64,000 nucleotides of DNA from Candidatus Adlerbacteria bacterium (GCA_029288895.1 JARIGK010000001.1:134682-198681), one strand, 5' to 3'. Shown: positions 40,863-49,606, counted from the first letter of the stretch. The notes: generated by a model not told the origin, from the letters alone. Program-made: numbers and translations.

Positions 40863-41831
40863 ATGATCGTTCGTCTACTCGCTCTTGTGTGCGCGCTACT
40901 CGTTCCAGGGTTCGCGAATGCAGAGGTCTATCCGGCCAAGCCTGTGCGGCTTATCGTCGGCTTTCCGCCCGGAGGGCCAACTGATGTGCTTGCGCGAATC
41001 GTCGCCGAGAGTCTTTCGGCGAAGTTGGGTGTGCAGGTGCTTGTCGAGAACAAGCCCGGCGCTGGCACCATCCTTGCAATCAAAGAGGTGATTGCAGCGG
41101 CGCCCGACGGCTACACACTTTTGTTTGGCAGCCCGAACGTTGCCACCAACGAAACACTCTATCCAAATCGCGGGTACGAATTTCTGCAGAGTACTGAGCC
41201 TGTTGCGCTCGTTGCCCGAGGGCCAGTCGCATTGTATGTAAAGCGCGGCACTCCTGATGAGGATCGTTTCCAGACGTTGGATAGTCTTATCGGGTTCGCA
41301 AAGGCACATCCGTGGAGGCTCAACATGGCATCTCCGGGCAACGGCACAGCGAGCCATCTCATCGGCGAACTCTTCCAAATGCGGGCGGGCGTCACCATGA
41401 CGCACGTTCCGTACAAAGGCGGCAGCCAGGTGATGCCAGACTTGCTCGCAGGGAGGGTTAGCCTGACCTTTGATACGACGACGTTGGCGCTCCAGTATGT
41501 CCGTGATGGGCGTTTGCGCGCGCTTGGGGTTACAACCAAGCAACGCGTCAGCGTCTTGCCGGACACGCCCGCCATTGCCGAGGTCCTTCCTGGGTTCGAG
41601 GCAAGTAACTGGTGGGGCATTAGCGCGCCAAAAGGAACTCCAGCGTCGGTTGTCGCGCGGCTTAACAGTGCGATCAACAGTGTGCTCGGCGAACAGGAAA
41701 TGCAGAAGAAGCTCACTGAGTTGGGGCTTATCCCCGCGGGAGGCACGCCGTCTGAGTACGGCACCTTCATTGCGGCGGAGACGCTCAAGTGGGCGGACGT
41801 CATCCGCTACTCTGGAGCTACGCTCGATTAA
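40863..41831 (+). CDS. TctC/Bug-family tripartite tricarboxylate transporter substrate-binding protein (orphan)
   Basis: SD site GGAGGA upstream of the ATG at 40863. Signal peptide, PVRLIVGFPPGGPTDVLARIVAE, and the periplasmic binding fold. No tctA/tctB nearby. GC-rich codon usage. Confidence 0.7.
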   Translation: MIVRLLALVCALLVPGFANAEVYPAKPVRLIVGFPPGGPTDVLARIVAESLSAKLGVQVLVENKPGAGTILAIKEVIAAAPDGYTLLFGSPNVATNETLYPNRGYEFLQSTEPVALVARGPVALYVKRGTPDEDRFQTLDSLIGFAKAHPWRLNMASPGNGTASHLIGELFQMRAGVTMTHVPYKGGSQVMPDLLAGRVSLTFDTTTLALQYVRDGRLRALGVTTKQRVSVLPDTPAIAEVLPGFEASNWWGISAPKGTPASVVARLNSAINSVLGEQEMQKKLTELGLIPAGGTPSEYGTFIAAETLKWADVIRYSGATLD

Positions 41832-41845
41832 AAGACACACTACAA

Positions 41846-41882
41846 CGCCAGCTCCTCGCGAGCCGGCGTTTTTTCTTAGCAA
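41846..41882 (+). terminator. Intrinsic terminator
   Basis: CGCCAGCTC CTCGC GAGCCGGCG followed by TTTTTTCTT. Confidence 0.55.
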
Positions 41883-41987
41883 TTATTACGGTAATGGGCG
41901 TTTAGGAGTAGAATCTTTTTCTATTACCCGTTTGATAGTTTTCACGATGCAACATTGTATAAAAAGAAAAGCTGTCCCGGAGGACAG

Positions 41988-42359
41988 CTAGTGTAAACGA
42001 AACTGATGCTGTACAAATTTTAGCTCGGCTGGTCGGATCAACCGCGAATGCGCCACACTCACTTTGTGGAGTTTGCCATCCAAATTCTTCTCCCAGAATT
42101 CCAAAAACCCAGTAAGTTTTGGAAAGCGAGGATGAAGATCCGTGTCCTGCCAAACATAACTCTGCAGAATATGTTTATGGTCGGGCATCCAGTAGAGAAT
42201 TTCTGCTGTTGTAATTCCGAAGCCCTTAAACAGTTCTACGAAATCTTTTGAGACAGATGCAGGCATCGTATGTCCCTCGCTCGTTGCTCCCGCTATAAGT
42301 AAAGCGCCGAACCTGTTCATCGTCAAAACGATCCTGTGAACTGTGTGGCCCGTGTTCAT
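41988..42359 (-). CDS. Usg-like family protein (tentative)
   Basis: ITTAEILYWMPDHKHILQSYVWQDTDLHPRFPKLTGFLEFW...LHKVSVAHSRLI resembles the Usg-like domain. Start may be the internal ATG at 42266. Confidence 0.4.
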   Translation of the reverse strand: MNTGHTVHRIVLTMNRFGALLIAGATSEGHTMPASVSKDFVELFKGFGITTAEILYWMPDHKHILQSYVWQDTDLHPRFPKLTGFLEFWEKNLDGKLHKVSVAHSRLIRPAELKFVQHQFRLH

Positions 42360-42397
42360 GACAACGAATGGTTTAGTAGAGCCCTGTCGTGGTGATA

Positions 42398-42430
42398 AAA
42401 AGAGCCCTACAAAGTAGGGCTCTTTTACTC
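42398..42430 (-). terminator. Intrinsic terminator
   Basis: AAAAAGAGCCCTAC AAAG TAGGGCTCTTTTACTC. Confidence 0.6.
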
Positions 42431-42446
42431 TGCAGTAGTAATAGAA

Positions 42447-42710
42447 TTAATTACCTTGGCAGTTGGTGTGCGAGTTGTTGTAGCCAGTTGCGCCAGCGTC
42501 TTGGCCAGTTGCGCCGCCGTGATATCCAGGCGTTCCGCCAGCTTGGCCGAGGAAGCCGAAATTCCCGTTAACGTCAGCGAAGGCGCCATGTGATGCTCCG
42601 CATGCAGATGCGTTTGAACCATCACCTGCGGCAAATGCAGGCATTACTGCCGCTCCGAACAAAAGTGCGCTTGCGCCCGCGCCCAACACTGCTTTCTTGA
42701 AGGTACCCAT
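42447..42710 (-). CDS. Small secreted Gly-rich protein, hypothetical
   Basis: Signal peptide (MGTFKKAVLGAGASALLFGAAVMPAFA) followed by a Gly/Ala/Asn-rich 60-aa region. Confidence 0.45.
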   Translation of the reverse strand: MGTFKKAVLGAGASALLFGAAVMPAFAAGDGSNASACGASHGAFADVNGNFGFLGQAGGTPGYHGGATGQDAGATGYNNSHTNCQGN

Positions 42711-42808
42711 AGATTGCTTAAGAAGTTAACGAATATTTTCCCAGTATACGTACCCTTCATTAATAACGTATGAAATAGAGGAGGTTGAACCTGCCTGCAT
42801 AAAAGAGA

Positions 42809-42843
42809 AATCGCCCACACGGAGCAGATTTCCGTTGGGCGAT
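42809..42843 (-). terminator. Intrinsic terminator
   Basis: ATCGCCCA(C)ACGGA GCAGATT TCCGTTGGGCGAT with a T-rich tract on the minus strand. Confidence 0.55.
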
Positions 42844-42854
42844 TGTGCAACCGA

Positions 42855-43127
42855 TTAGGTGCGCCGGATAGGCTTGATGGTCACCCCCAAGCTTTGCAGG
42901 TGCTCAACCACACCTGCATCCTTGAGGATGCGGGCGTATGCGCCAGTGATGAAGTTGATCTTCGGCTGGTGTTGGACAAGGCCACCTTTCTCCTGCAGGA
43001 CTTCGTCCAGCTCCTCGGCAAGCTTTGTAGCTGTAGCCGCCAGCTGGATCAGCTCAGTGCGCATTCCCTCCGCTTTGCCGCGGATCGAGCGTTGCATCGG
43101 ATTAGTACCGTCGTTTCGACCGTTCAC
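42855..43127 (-). CDS. Small hypothetical protein (90 aa) with a consensus promoter, SD site and terminator
   Basis: GTG start preceded by AAGGAGA 8 nt upstream. Coiled-coil-like. Confidence 0.45.
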   Translation of the reverse strand: MNGRNDGTNPMQRSIRGKAEGMRTELIQLAATATKLAEELDEVLQEKGGLVQHQPKINFITGAYARILKDAGVVEHLQSLGVTIKPIRRT

Positions 43128-43158
43128 GTAAGGTATCTCCTTAATGTTCTTACCTATA

Positions 43159-43187
43159 TATTGTAACCTAATATAAAATATTTGTCA
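43159..43187 (-). promoter_or_regulatory. Near-consensus sigma-70 promoter
   Basis: On the minus strand: TTGACA (43187-43182), 17-nt spacer, TACAAT (43164-43159). Confidence 0.5.
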
Positions 43188-43277
43188 AATTTGCCCACCT
43201 TAGTGGACGACTTTAGAACCATTGATTGGGTGAGAGAGTACCCTGCGCCTGCATTCACGCTGCGACAGGTGCAGGAG

Positions 43278-45065
43278 TTACTGAGGTAGTGTCTCCGTTG
43301 TATCGACGCTTTCTACTACAGCTGGAATTGGTTCAGGCAATTGGACACCATGCATCTTAACGCGTCGCGCATTCAATCGATTTTCTTGGCCAATTTGTAC
43401 TAAAGCTTTTGCAGCTCTCTCAGCAATGGTTTCCGTGTCATCTGCAGTCCTGTTGTTCAGACCACGAGCAGCACGAACAATGCGATGCATTCTATCGCCC
43501 TTTTCAGCCTTAAATATTCTGTAAAAATCTTCGACACTGAGCTTGCTTATTAATTCAGTATCTTCTGGATTCCAGCCATGTTTAATAATCATATCTTCTA
43601 ACACGTCAGCTGGGTTGCGGTCATCAACAAATCTGCTACGCGCTGCATCGAATGCCTGCGCAAGTTCCTCATCTCTTTCTCCATCGTCAAATAGACTTTG
43701 ACGTCCATCGAACAAATCTTTCTCGTCCCTGCGTTCTGTAACGTATTTGGTTATAAGCTCCGTTGCTTCCGTGTTTCTTCCAAACTCTTTGAGCAGCTTA
43801 ACTGTTGAGTTTAGATTGGAAGGGTGAAGGACTCCAATATTTTCCATCGACGCACTAAAAATTTTGTCCATCACTTCTTTTTCGTTATCGTCAAAAGAGC
43901 CGTGGTATGCAGTCCAAGCATCGTGTATATCCTGCTCTTGTTGGGCTTTGTTGGCCACCTTACTTTGCTTCTCAGCTGCCTTTAGGAGAGCTTCTTCATC
44001 AAAGATTCCACTCTGCACGGTCTTATGGATAGCCAAGTCAAAGTCATCAGCACTAAAAAATTTATACTTTGCCATCAACTCAGACCACTTCCTGTCCGTG
44101 TCTGGAATTTGGTTATTATTTCGCAACATACCATGCAGGCGCCCCATATCTGTTAAGAACTCGAATGGCGGCGGTTCGCCGTCCTTCTGATATTTTTCCC
44201 AACCGAATAGCGTTGCCGAGTGAAAGGCTTGGTAGAAAAGCTCTGAATAATCAGTTTGTAATATCCCTTCGAGTCGCGCGCAAATTCTCTCTATCTTTTT
44301 GAGTACTCTGATGTTGGTGATACCAAGAGTGACGCAAAAATCATGCAGCAGTTTTTTGTTACCCGTTGCATCTGCGTCAGGGAAAGCAATGTCCGCTGCT
44401 TCTTGAGGAGTCGGATCAAATTGCAGATGGGTATCAACGACCTTTTCAAGTTGTTTATGGAAAACTTCCTTTTGTCCATCCGCAATTTCTTCTTCGTTGA
44501 GCAAGAGAACAACTTTACACTTGCGTTGTTCTTTTAGCATGGATATAAGTCCGAATACTTCTATGACGTCCAATCCGTTCCCAGCTCTTTCAAGGTCGTC
44601 TATGCATATGATTTGTTCGCCCACAGAGTGAAAGAGAAGTTTTTCAGCTAGTGCAGTTCCGATGTAACTTTGGACTACGGGATTCTGACCCGCCTGCGTT
44701 AACAGCCACCGCACGGAAGAGCCGAGCGTGTCTCGTAAATTTTTCGGCTCCAAAGCTCCTAGTGTCCACTCCTCTCCGATTTTTTCAACGGGTTTTGTAG
44801 CTTCATAGATTGCGTAGCGCAAGTCGTCAATTTTCTTTACTCCAAATAACGATACATATGCGTAGCGCGTTAACTTAATCTTCCCAGCATCTTTTGCTTC
44901 TTTAAGAAAATAGTTCCAACCGTATGTTTTGCCAACGCCCCATTTGCCGCTAATACAAAGCACTTCAGGGTCGGCTCTTTCCAAAAAACGAGTTATTTCT
45001 GCTTTTACAAGTCGTATAGACACGCCCCTATTGTAGCGATAAAAGCTCATGTGAAAAGAGCTCAA
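43278..45065 (-). CDS. KAP-family P-loop NTPase (PifA-like)
   Basis: Walker A ISGKWGVGKT, KAP-type Walker B ICIDDLER, and a long alpha-helical C-terminal half; 595 aa. Confidence 0.8.
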   Translation of the reverse strand: MSSFHMSFYRYNRGVSIRLVKAEITRFLERADPEVLCISGKWGVGKTYGWNYFLKEAKDAGKIKLTRYAYVSLFGVKKIDDLRYAIYEATKPVEKIGEEWTLGALEPKNLRDTLGSSVRWLLTQAGQNPVVQSYIGTALAEKLLFHSVGEQIICIDDLERAGNGLDVIEVFGLISMLKEQRKCKVVLLLNEEEIADGQKEVFHKQLEKVVDTHLQFDPTPQEAADIAFPDADATGNKKLLHDFCVTLGITNIRVLKKIERICARLEGILQTDYSELFYQAFHSATLFGWEKYQKDGEPPPFEFLTDMGRLHGMLRNNNQIPDTDRKWSELMAKYKFFSADDFDLAIHKTVQSGIFDEEALLKAAEKQSKVANKAQQEQDIHDAWTAYHGSFDDNEKEVMDKIFSASMENIGVLHPSNLNSTVKLLKEFGRNTEATELITKYVTERRDEKDLFDGRQSLFDDGERDEELAQAFDAARSRFVDDRNPADVLEDMIIKHGWNPEDTELISKLSVEDFYRIFKAEKGDRMHRIVRAARGLNNRTADDTETIAERAAKALVQIGQENRLNARRVKMHGVQLPEPIPAVVESVDTTETLPQ

Positions 45066-45279
45066 ATGAGAAGAGTTCTTCAGAACAGCGCCGAGTGCTT
45101 CTGCAACACCTGTTCTTGAATCTCACATTGAAGGACAAACAGACGACCTACACGCTGAAAAGCCCATCGAGATACTTTCGATGAGGGTTCAAGAGAAGCT
45201 CGACGCCCAGAAAAACTTCGAACTCCAAAAAACGCCTAAAAGTAAGGCTCGTCTAGAATCTGTTTCGAAAATCGACCCT

Positions 45280-45322
45280 TTGCTCCGCGCGATAGAGGAT
45301 GTTCGAACCTGTATTGCGGTAA
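45280..45322. repeat. Direct repeat A (att-like): TTGCTCCGCG + GATAGAGGATGTTCGAACCTGT...
   Basis: The first 10 nt (45280-45289) match the tRNA-Asn 3' end and flank (53311-53320). Copy A aligns with copy B at about 79% identity. Confidence 0.5.
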
Positions 45323-45371
45323 CTATCTGACTCAAGTAAAGTGGCAGACGGCAGTTTTGAAGGAGACGACA

Positions 45372-45659
45372 ATGACCGTGTGGTTCCCGCGTTACTGGTG
45401 TATGGGGTGCGGAGCACGCTTCGTGTTGGAAGCCGATGCTCTTGAGACCAACCTGACTCCTGAAATCATCCTCTCAGCAATGAGTGCAGGGGAGGGTCCT
45501 TTCAAGCAGCTCAGGACGCATCATGACTGCGGCTTGCATAAAGCGCAAGAAGCAGGGAAGGCGTTGGGAGCTGGTGGGCCCGGGCTCTACTCTTCCAACT
45601 TCGAGCCTTATTGGGGCGAAGCGAAGTTCTGCGGTATGAAGAAGAAAGTTCCAACCTGA
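45372..45659 (+). CDS. Small CxxC protein, hypothetical
   Basis: SD site GGAGA upstream of the ATG at 45372. Begins MTVWFPRYWCMGCGARF. A terminator follows. Confidence 0.4.
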   Translation: MTVWFPRYWCMGCGARFVLEADALETNLTPEIILSAMSAGEGPFKQLRTHHDCGLHKAQEAGKALGAGGPGLYSSNFEPYWGEAKFCGMKKKVPT

Positions 45660-45688
45660 TGACATCCTGCGTTACGAATTTTAGAGGC

Positions 45689-45722
45689 CGCTATCCGCAA
45701 GGAGCGGCCTTTTCTTTTTTGT
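45689..45722 (+). terminator. Intrinsic terminator
   Basis: AGGCCGCT ATCCGCAAGG AGCGGCCT followed by TTTCTTTTTT. Confidence 0.5.
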
Positions 45723-45791
45723 CTAATTATAAAAGTTTTGATGTCCAATTGGGGTATCTAAAATACCCTTGCAAAATAATCTCCAAAAAAT

Positions 45792-45832
45792 GGCTCCGCC
45801 TGATAGAGGACGTTCGAACGTGTTTAAGGTAA
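45792..45832. repeat. Direct repeat B (att-like): GGCTCCGCCTGATAGAGGACGTTCGAACGTGT...
   Basis: About 79% identical to repeat A. Contains the perfect palindrome ACGTTCGAACGT. Confidence 0.5.
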
Positions 45833-45850
45833 AAACCTCCACTTTATGTT

Positions 45851-46645
45851 TCAGACATTTTTTGATAGATAATCTTTCATGACTGCTTTAGCGGCAAAGT
45901 CAAAAGCCGAAGCTGTTATAGGAAGCTTTGCGGCTGCTTTCGCAATATTTTTCCAATCCTCAGGCAGTTCTCCATTCCCAAGTTCTTCTTGGTAAGCAAG
46001 TAGCTGAACGACAAAATCATAATGGCCAGTACTCAAGGTCATGGCAAGCATTAATGCTTTGTGAATTTCTAGCTTCGGACCATAATTGAAATGATATTTA
46101 TTTCCTTTACCGCGGTATCCGTAAAGCTGTGAACCAAATGCGCTTGCGTGAGAACTTTTGCTCAATATTCTAAATGCCTTTTTGGCAGGTTTTCCTCCGT
46201 GAGCAACAATATCTCTTTCAATCGTTCCCTCACTGAAAGCATCCTTAAAAGCTGGATTTTTCTGATAATCATCCTCTGTTTCTTTGAGAAACAAATCACG
46301 AAGTTCTGGATGTGAAAAAAGATATATCAGCATTGATAAATCACTCATTATGCTTCTTACGATCACAAACGCATCTCCGTACAACCCTCTTTCCATAAGT
46401 ATCCTTATCGTTTCAAGATGTTGAATAGACCTGTTCACCAACATAAGTTGGATCGTTTTGAATTTCGCTTCTTCGGTGCCCGGAGTCTCTTTTACTTCAT
46501 TAATCAGTAATGCGACTGCATCTTTCAGAACCCCTAGACCTTCCCAATAAATGGGATAAAGCAGACTGAGAGTCATTTTTGTGCTCTCTTTAATTTCTAG
46601 TTCCAGCGTTTCAAAGTCTCGTCTTCCTTCCACTGGTTTAGACAT
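45851..46645 (-). CDS. Hypothetical protein (third gene of the LexA-like / Y-family-polymerase operon)
   Basis: 264 aa, alpha-helical. Ends 32 bp downstream of the polymerase gene. Confidence 0.4.
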   Translation of the reverse strand: MSKPVEGRRDFETLELEIKESTKMTLSLLYPIYWEGLGVLKDAVALLINEVKETPGTEEAKFKTIQLMLVNRSIQHLETIRILMERGLYGDAFVIVRSIMSDLSMLIYLFSHPELRDLFLKETEDDYQKNPAFKDAFSEGTIERDIVAHGGKPAKKAFRILSKSSHASAFGSQLYGYRGKGNKYHFNYGPKLEIHKALMLAMTLSTGHYDFVVQLLAYQEELGNGELPEDWKNIAKAAAKLPITASAFDFAAKAVMKDYLSKNV

Positions 46646-46677
46646 ATTTATGTAGATCCTAGCATGTTTAAGAGCGA

Positions 46678-47982
46678 TTATTTAACCTCACCAAGCATCG
46701 GTATTCCTATGCGTTGACGTCTATTTTCACCTTTGAATAGTTTAGATGTGCGACCTGGGGCATCGCCTCGTTCGTTTGTGTGAGCGCCCCGCTTCATGGC
46801 TTTCATAGTGGAACCTAGGTAGACAGTGTGTTTGCCGAACTTACTGTCCATTGCATCAACTGCCGCATAGACGGGCTTCCATTTAATAATCTCAGATACT
46901 GCCCCAAATAAGTCCATCTGTATTTCTTTATTGTGCTCAAGCCCCATCAATACAACGCCAGTAGCACGGTAGGGTGTGCGAGGGCGATACACCTTATCAA
47001 ACGACTCACGCACAAGGCGAATAAACTCGTTAGGTAATGATTGAGGAGTGGCAAGTGTTAATTCAAGTCCTGAATAGCGAAACTCTTGAGTCTTAAGAAA
47101 GAAGAATATCTTCTTAGGCGCAAGCTCATACCGACGCGCCTTGATACAGGCATTTTCAATATTCTTTGAGAGTTGGGAGAACACGAACTCTTTGTCAGCA
47201 GATGCAGGAGTAAATGTTTTGGTTTTACTTATGCTCTGGTAGTCGTGCTTTTCCTCAGTTGTGAGGGGGTACACAAACTCTCCACGTAGCTCGTGCCATA
47301 TCTCGCGATACGGTTTGCTCATGTTCGCGTCTATCCACTCAACGGGCTTTTGAGCGTATTGGAGAGATGTCTGAATGCCGTGTTGTTTCAAGAAAGCAGA
47401 TGTCTGTGGGCCAATGCCCCAGATTTTATCTATCGGGAGTTTGCTTAAGTACGTCTCTACTCTGTTTGCAGGGATAATAGTCAGCCCCGATGGTTTCTTC
47501 CACTTGGAACCTACCTTTGCAAGCACCTTATTTGGTGCGAGGCCGATAGAAAAGGTCATTCCAAGTTCTGTGTCCAAGTCGTGCTTTATGGCCTCTGCTA
47601 TGGCCTCATATGACATCCTGAGAGACCTGCGCATGCCTGTTAAATCAGCAAAGCATTCATCAATACTGTATTCCTCAACAGCCTCTGTATATCGCCTCAC
47701 AATGGCGTACATACGCTTAGAGAAGAGACTGTAGGTCTCGTAGTCAGAAGGGAGAATGATGACCTCGGGGCATATCTTTTTAATCTCTCGCAGAGACATG
47801 CCACGCTTCACGCCCATAGCCTTCAGCTCGTAGCTCATGGAAGATGCGATGCCGCGTTCTTTGCCAGTAACCACAGGTTTGCCTTTAAGTGCTGGGTTTA
47901 CGGCGGCTTCGCATGACGCAAAGAACGAGTCCCCATCAATATGTATTATTGCGCGGGGGAATGAGCGGATAGAGAGCGGCAT
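46678..47982 (-). CDS. Y-family DNA polymerase (UmuC/DinB-like)
   Basis: HIDGDSFFASCE (Y-family motif I), SIDECFADLTG, and little-finger region; 434 aa. Confidence 0.85.
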   Translation of the reverse strand: MPLSIRSFPRAIIHIDGDSFFASCEAAVNPALKGKPVVTGKERGIASSMSYELKAMGVKRGMSLREIKKICPEVIILPSDYETYSLFSKRMYAIVRRYTEAVEEYSIDECFADLTGMRRSLRMSYEAIAEAIKHDLDTELGMTFSIGLAPNKVLAKVGSKWKKPSGLTIIPANRVETYLSKLPIDKIWGIGPQTSAFLKQHGIQTSLQYAQKPVEWIDANMSKPYREIWHELRGEFVYPLTTEEKHDYQSISKTKTFTPASADKEFVFSQLSKNIENACIKARRYELAPKKIFFFLKTQEFRYSGLELTLATPQSLPNEFIRLVRESFDKVYRPRTPYRATGVVLMGLEHNKEIQMDLFGAVSEIIKWKPVYAAVDAMDSKFGKHTVYLGSTMKAMKRGAHTNERGDAPGRTSKLFKGENRRQRIGIPMLGEVK

Positions 47983-47983
47983 A

Positions 47984-48544
47984 TCAGTATTTACGGATTA
48001 CAGCTTGTACAACAGCTTCTATTGTGAGTTCGTTCTCAGGATAAATATCTTTGAATTTTTTATTTGCCGCTTGGAGAAATACTTTGTTTCCTTCCTTGCG
48101 GTAGTACTTCATAGTGTACTCGCCGTCTACTTGGGCAATGACAATCTGCCCTGGCTTTGGGGTTTTACCACGTTCAACCAGCACCATATCTCCCTCCATA
48201 ATTCCTGCATCAATCATTGAGTCACCTTTAACTTTGAGCATAAAAGTTGCCTCTTTATTTTTTATCAAGTATTCATCCAAGCTCATCGTGTCCACCAACT
48301 CTTCTTCAGCAGGGGAAGGGAAGCCTGCTTCTACTGTGCCAAGAAGAGAGACAGTATTTAGAAGATCGCGAGGGATGAGTTTACCTTTCTTGTCTTTGCT
48401 AACAACTCCAGAATCTATGAGTTTTTGAACTGCATATTGGGTTGCGCCCTTGCTTTTATATCCAAGCAGCAGAGACAACTCGCTGTATGAGGGCATACGA
48501 CGATGTTTTTTGTAGAAGGAAAAGAGTTTGCTTTGAGGCGTCAT
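47984..48544 (-). CDS. LexA/UmuD-like S24 peptidase with an N-terminal wHTH
   Basis: N-terminal DNA-binding domain. GDSM Ser nucleophile and a downstream Lys (MKYYRKEG). Ends 2 bp before the polymerase gene. Confidence 0.75.
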   Translation of the reverse strand: MTPQSKLFSFYKKHRRMPSYSELSLLLGYKSKGATQYAVQKLIDSGVVSKDKKGKLIPRDLLNTVSLLGTVEAGFPSPAEEELVDTMSLDEYLIKNKEATFMLKVKGDSMIDAGIMEGDMVLVERGKTPKPGQIVIAQVDGEYTMKYYRKEGNKVFLQAANKKFKDIYPENELTIEAVVQAVIRKY

Positions 48545-48601
48545 CCCCTCAGTATATTAGTACGTTCGTACTAGTGTCAAACTCAGCTTATCTTAGCGTT
48601 T

Positions 48602-49606
48602 TTACCAGAACTTGAGCCAATTAAAGATGCTTTGCCATATAGGTCTTTTTGGAAATCCAGGTATTGTCGTTGTGGTAGAATTTTTAACCGCCGACACTGC
48701 TGAGGTACTGACAGAGCTAGATGCAGATTTCTTTATGGAACCAGCTGAAAAATCTTTTAATTGTGAAGGCGCTTTAATCGTTGGCGGCGGTGTTGAGACG
48801 GGTAAAGTCACTGATTGGGAACCTTCCTCGACACAGGTCGTTTGATCTGCGTTGAGTTCGTACCCTTCAGCGCAACTACATAGATTCTGGCCCGCAACAA
48901 TCCCATGCGGACCTAGCTTTTGATTACAAAGTTCGATGGGGTCTGGGCCGGAAGGAACACAGGATGTCTTGCTGGAGTCCATCTTATAACCCTGATCGCA
49001 GTAGCAGCCAGCCCCTGTATTGGTGGAATTTGGTGGACATGAGGATGTGGGCACAGGTTGTGTGACAGCTTTTATCTGCGAGGAATATTGTTTATAAAAA
49101 TTTGCTTGTTGTTGGAGAAATTCCGTATCTCCTAAGGCATAGCATTCTGTGTACGCTTGGTTAGAAGCAACTCTGTAGTTGCCAAGGGCGATTTGCATAA
49201 TACTTGAAAGCTTTAAAGCATCAATTGCTTTTTGACGGTCGCAAAAAGATTGAGTATCTCCTTGGCAGGGAACGTAATAAGAAGCAATAACCGCATCTGC
49301 TGCATCTCGAGCTTTATTTGCCAAGCTATCGAGATTATATTTTGCATTTATAGATTGAAATTCGCTGGCAGTGCAAAGATGCAGCGAGTCGGTACATTCG
49401 TTGGTACTCCAATACGAAACAGTGCTATCAGCCCAGCCATCATTACAAATTACGCTTCCATCCCAATCTGATCCCGCCCTACAATTCACTCCGCCGTGGT
49501 AAGAGCAGGCTCCAGAAGTTGCGAAGGTATGATTTGAAAAACTTAAAAAAAAGAGTGCCAGAAATAGTCCCGTAAAGACTGCTTTTCTCATTCTGCAATA
49601 GTGCAT
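48602..49606 (-). CDS. Secreted cysteine-rich protein (EGF-like Cys spacing), hypothetical
   Basis: Signal peptide. More than 20 Cys in repeated CxxxC / CxC contexts, with a C-terminal S/T-rich tail. Confidence 0.45.
   Translation of the reverse strand: MHYCRMRKAVFTGLFLALFFLSFSNHTFATSGACSYHGGVNCRAGSDWDGSVICNDGWADSTVSYWSTNECTDSLHLCTASEFQSINAKYNLDSLANKARDAADAVIASYYVPCQGDTQSFCDRQKAIDALKLSSIMQIALGNYRVASNQAYTECYALGDTEFLQQQANFYKQYSSQIKAVTQPVPTSSCPPNSTNTGAGCYCDQGYKMDSSKTSCVPSGPDPIELCNQKLGPHGIVAGQNLCSCAEGYELNADQTTCVEEGSQSVTLPVSTPPPTIKAPSQLKDFSAGSIKKSASSSVSTSAVSAVKNSTTTTIPGFPKRPIWQSIFNWLKFW

Noticed and set aside
40896-41882. A 328-aa ORF on the minus strand, antisense to the TctC gene. Similar long antisense ORFs occur inside rpoC, nrdA and the S/T-rich genes.
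   Set aside because: They overlap well-supported genes on the opposite strand across their full length. Their products have no domain features. High GC and a low stop-codon frequency produce such shadow ORFs.
45289-45330. A possible tRNA fragment (the TTCGAACC T-loop-like segment within repeat A).
   Set aside because: Only the decamer TTGCTCCGCG and an 8-mer resemble tRNA-Asn. No T-stem or acceptor pairing can be built. It is better treated as an att-type repeat.
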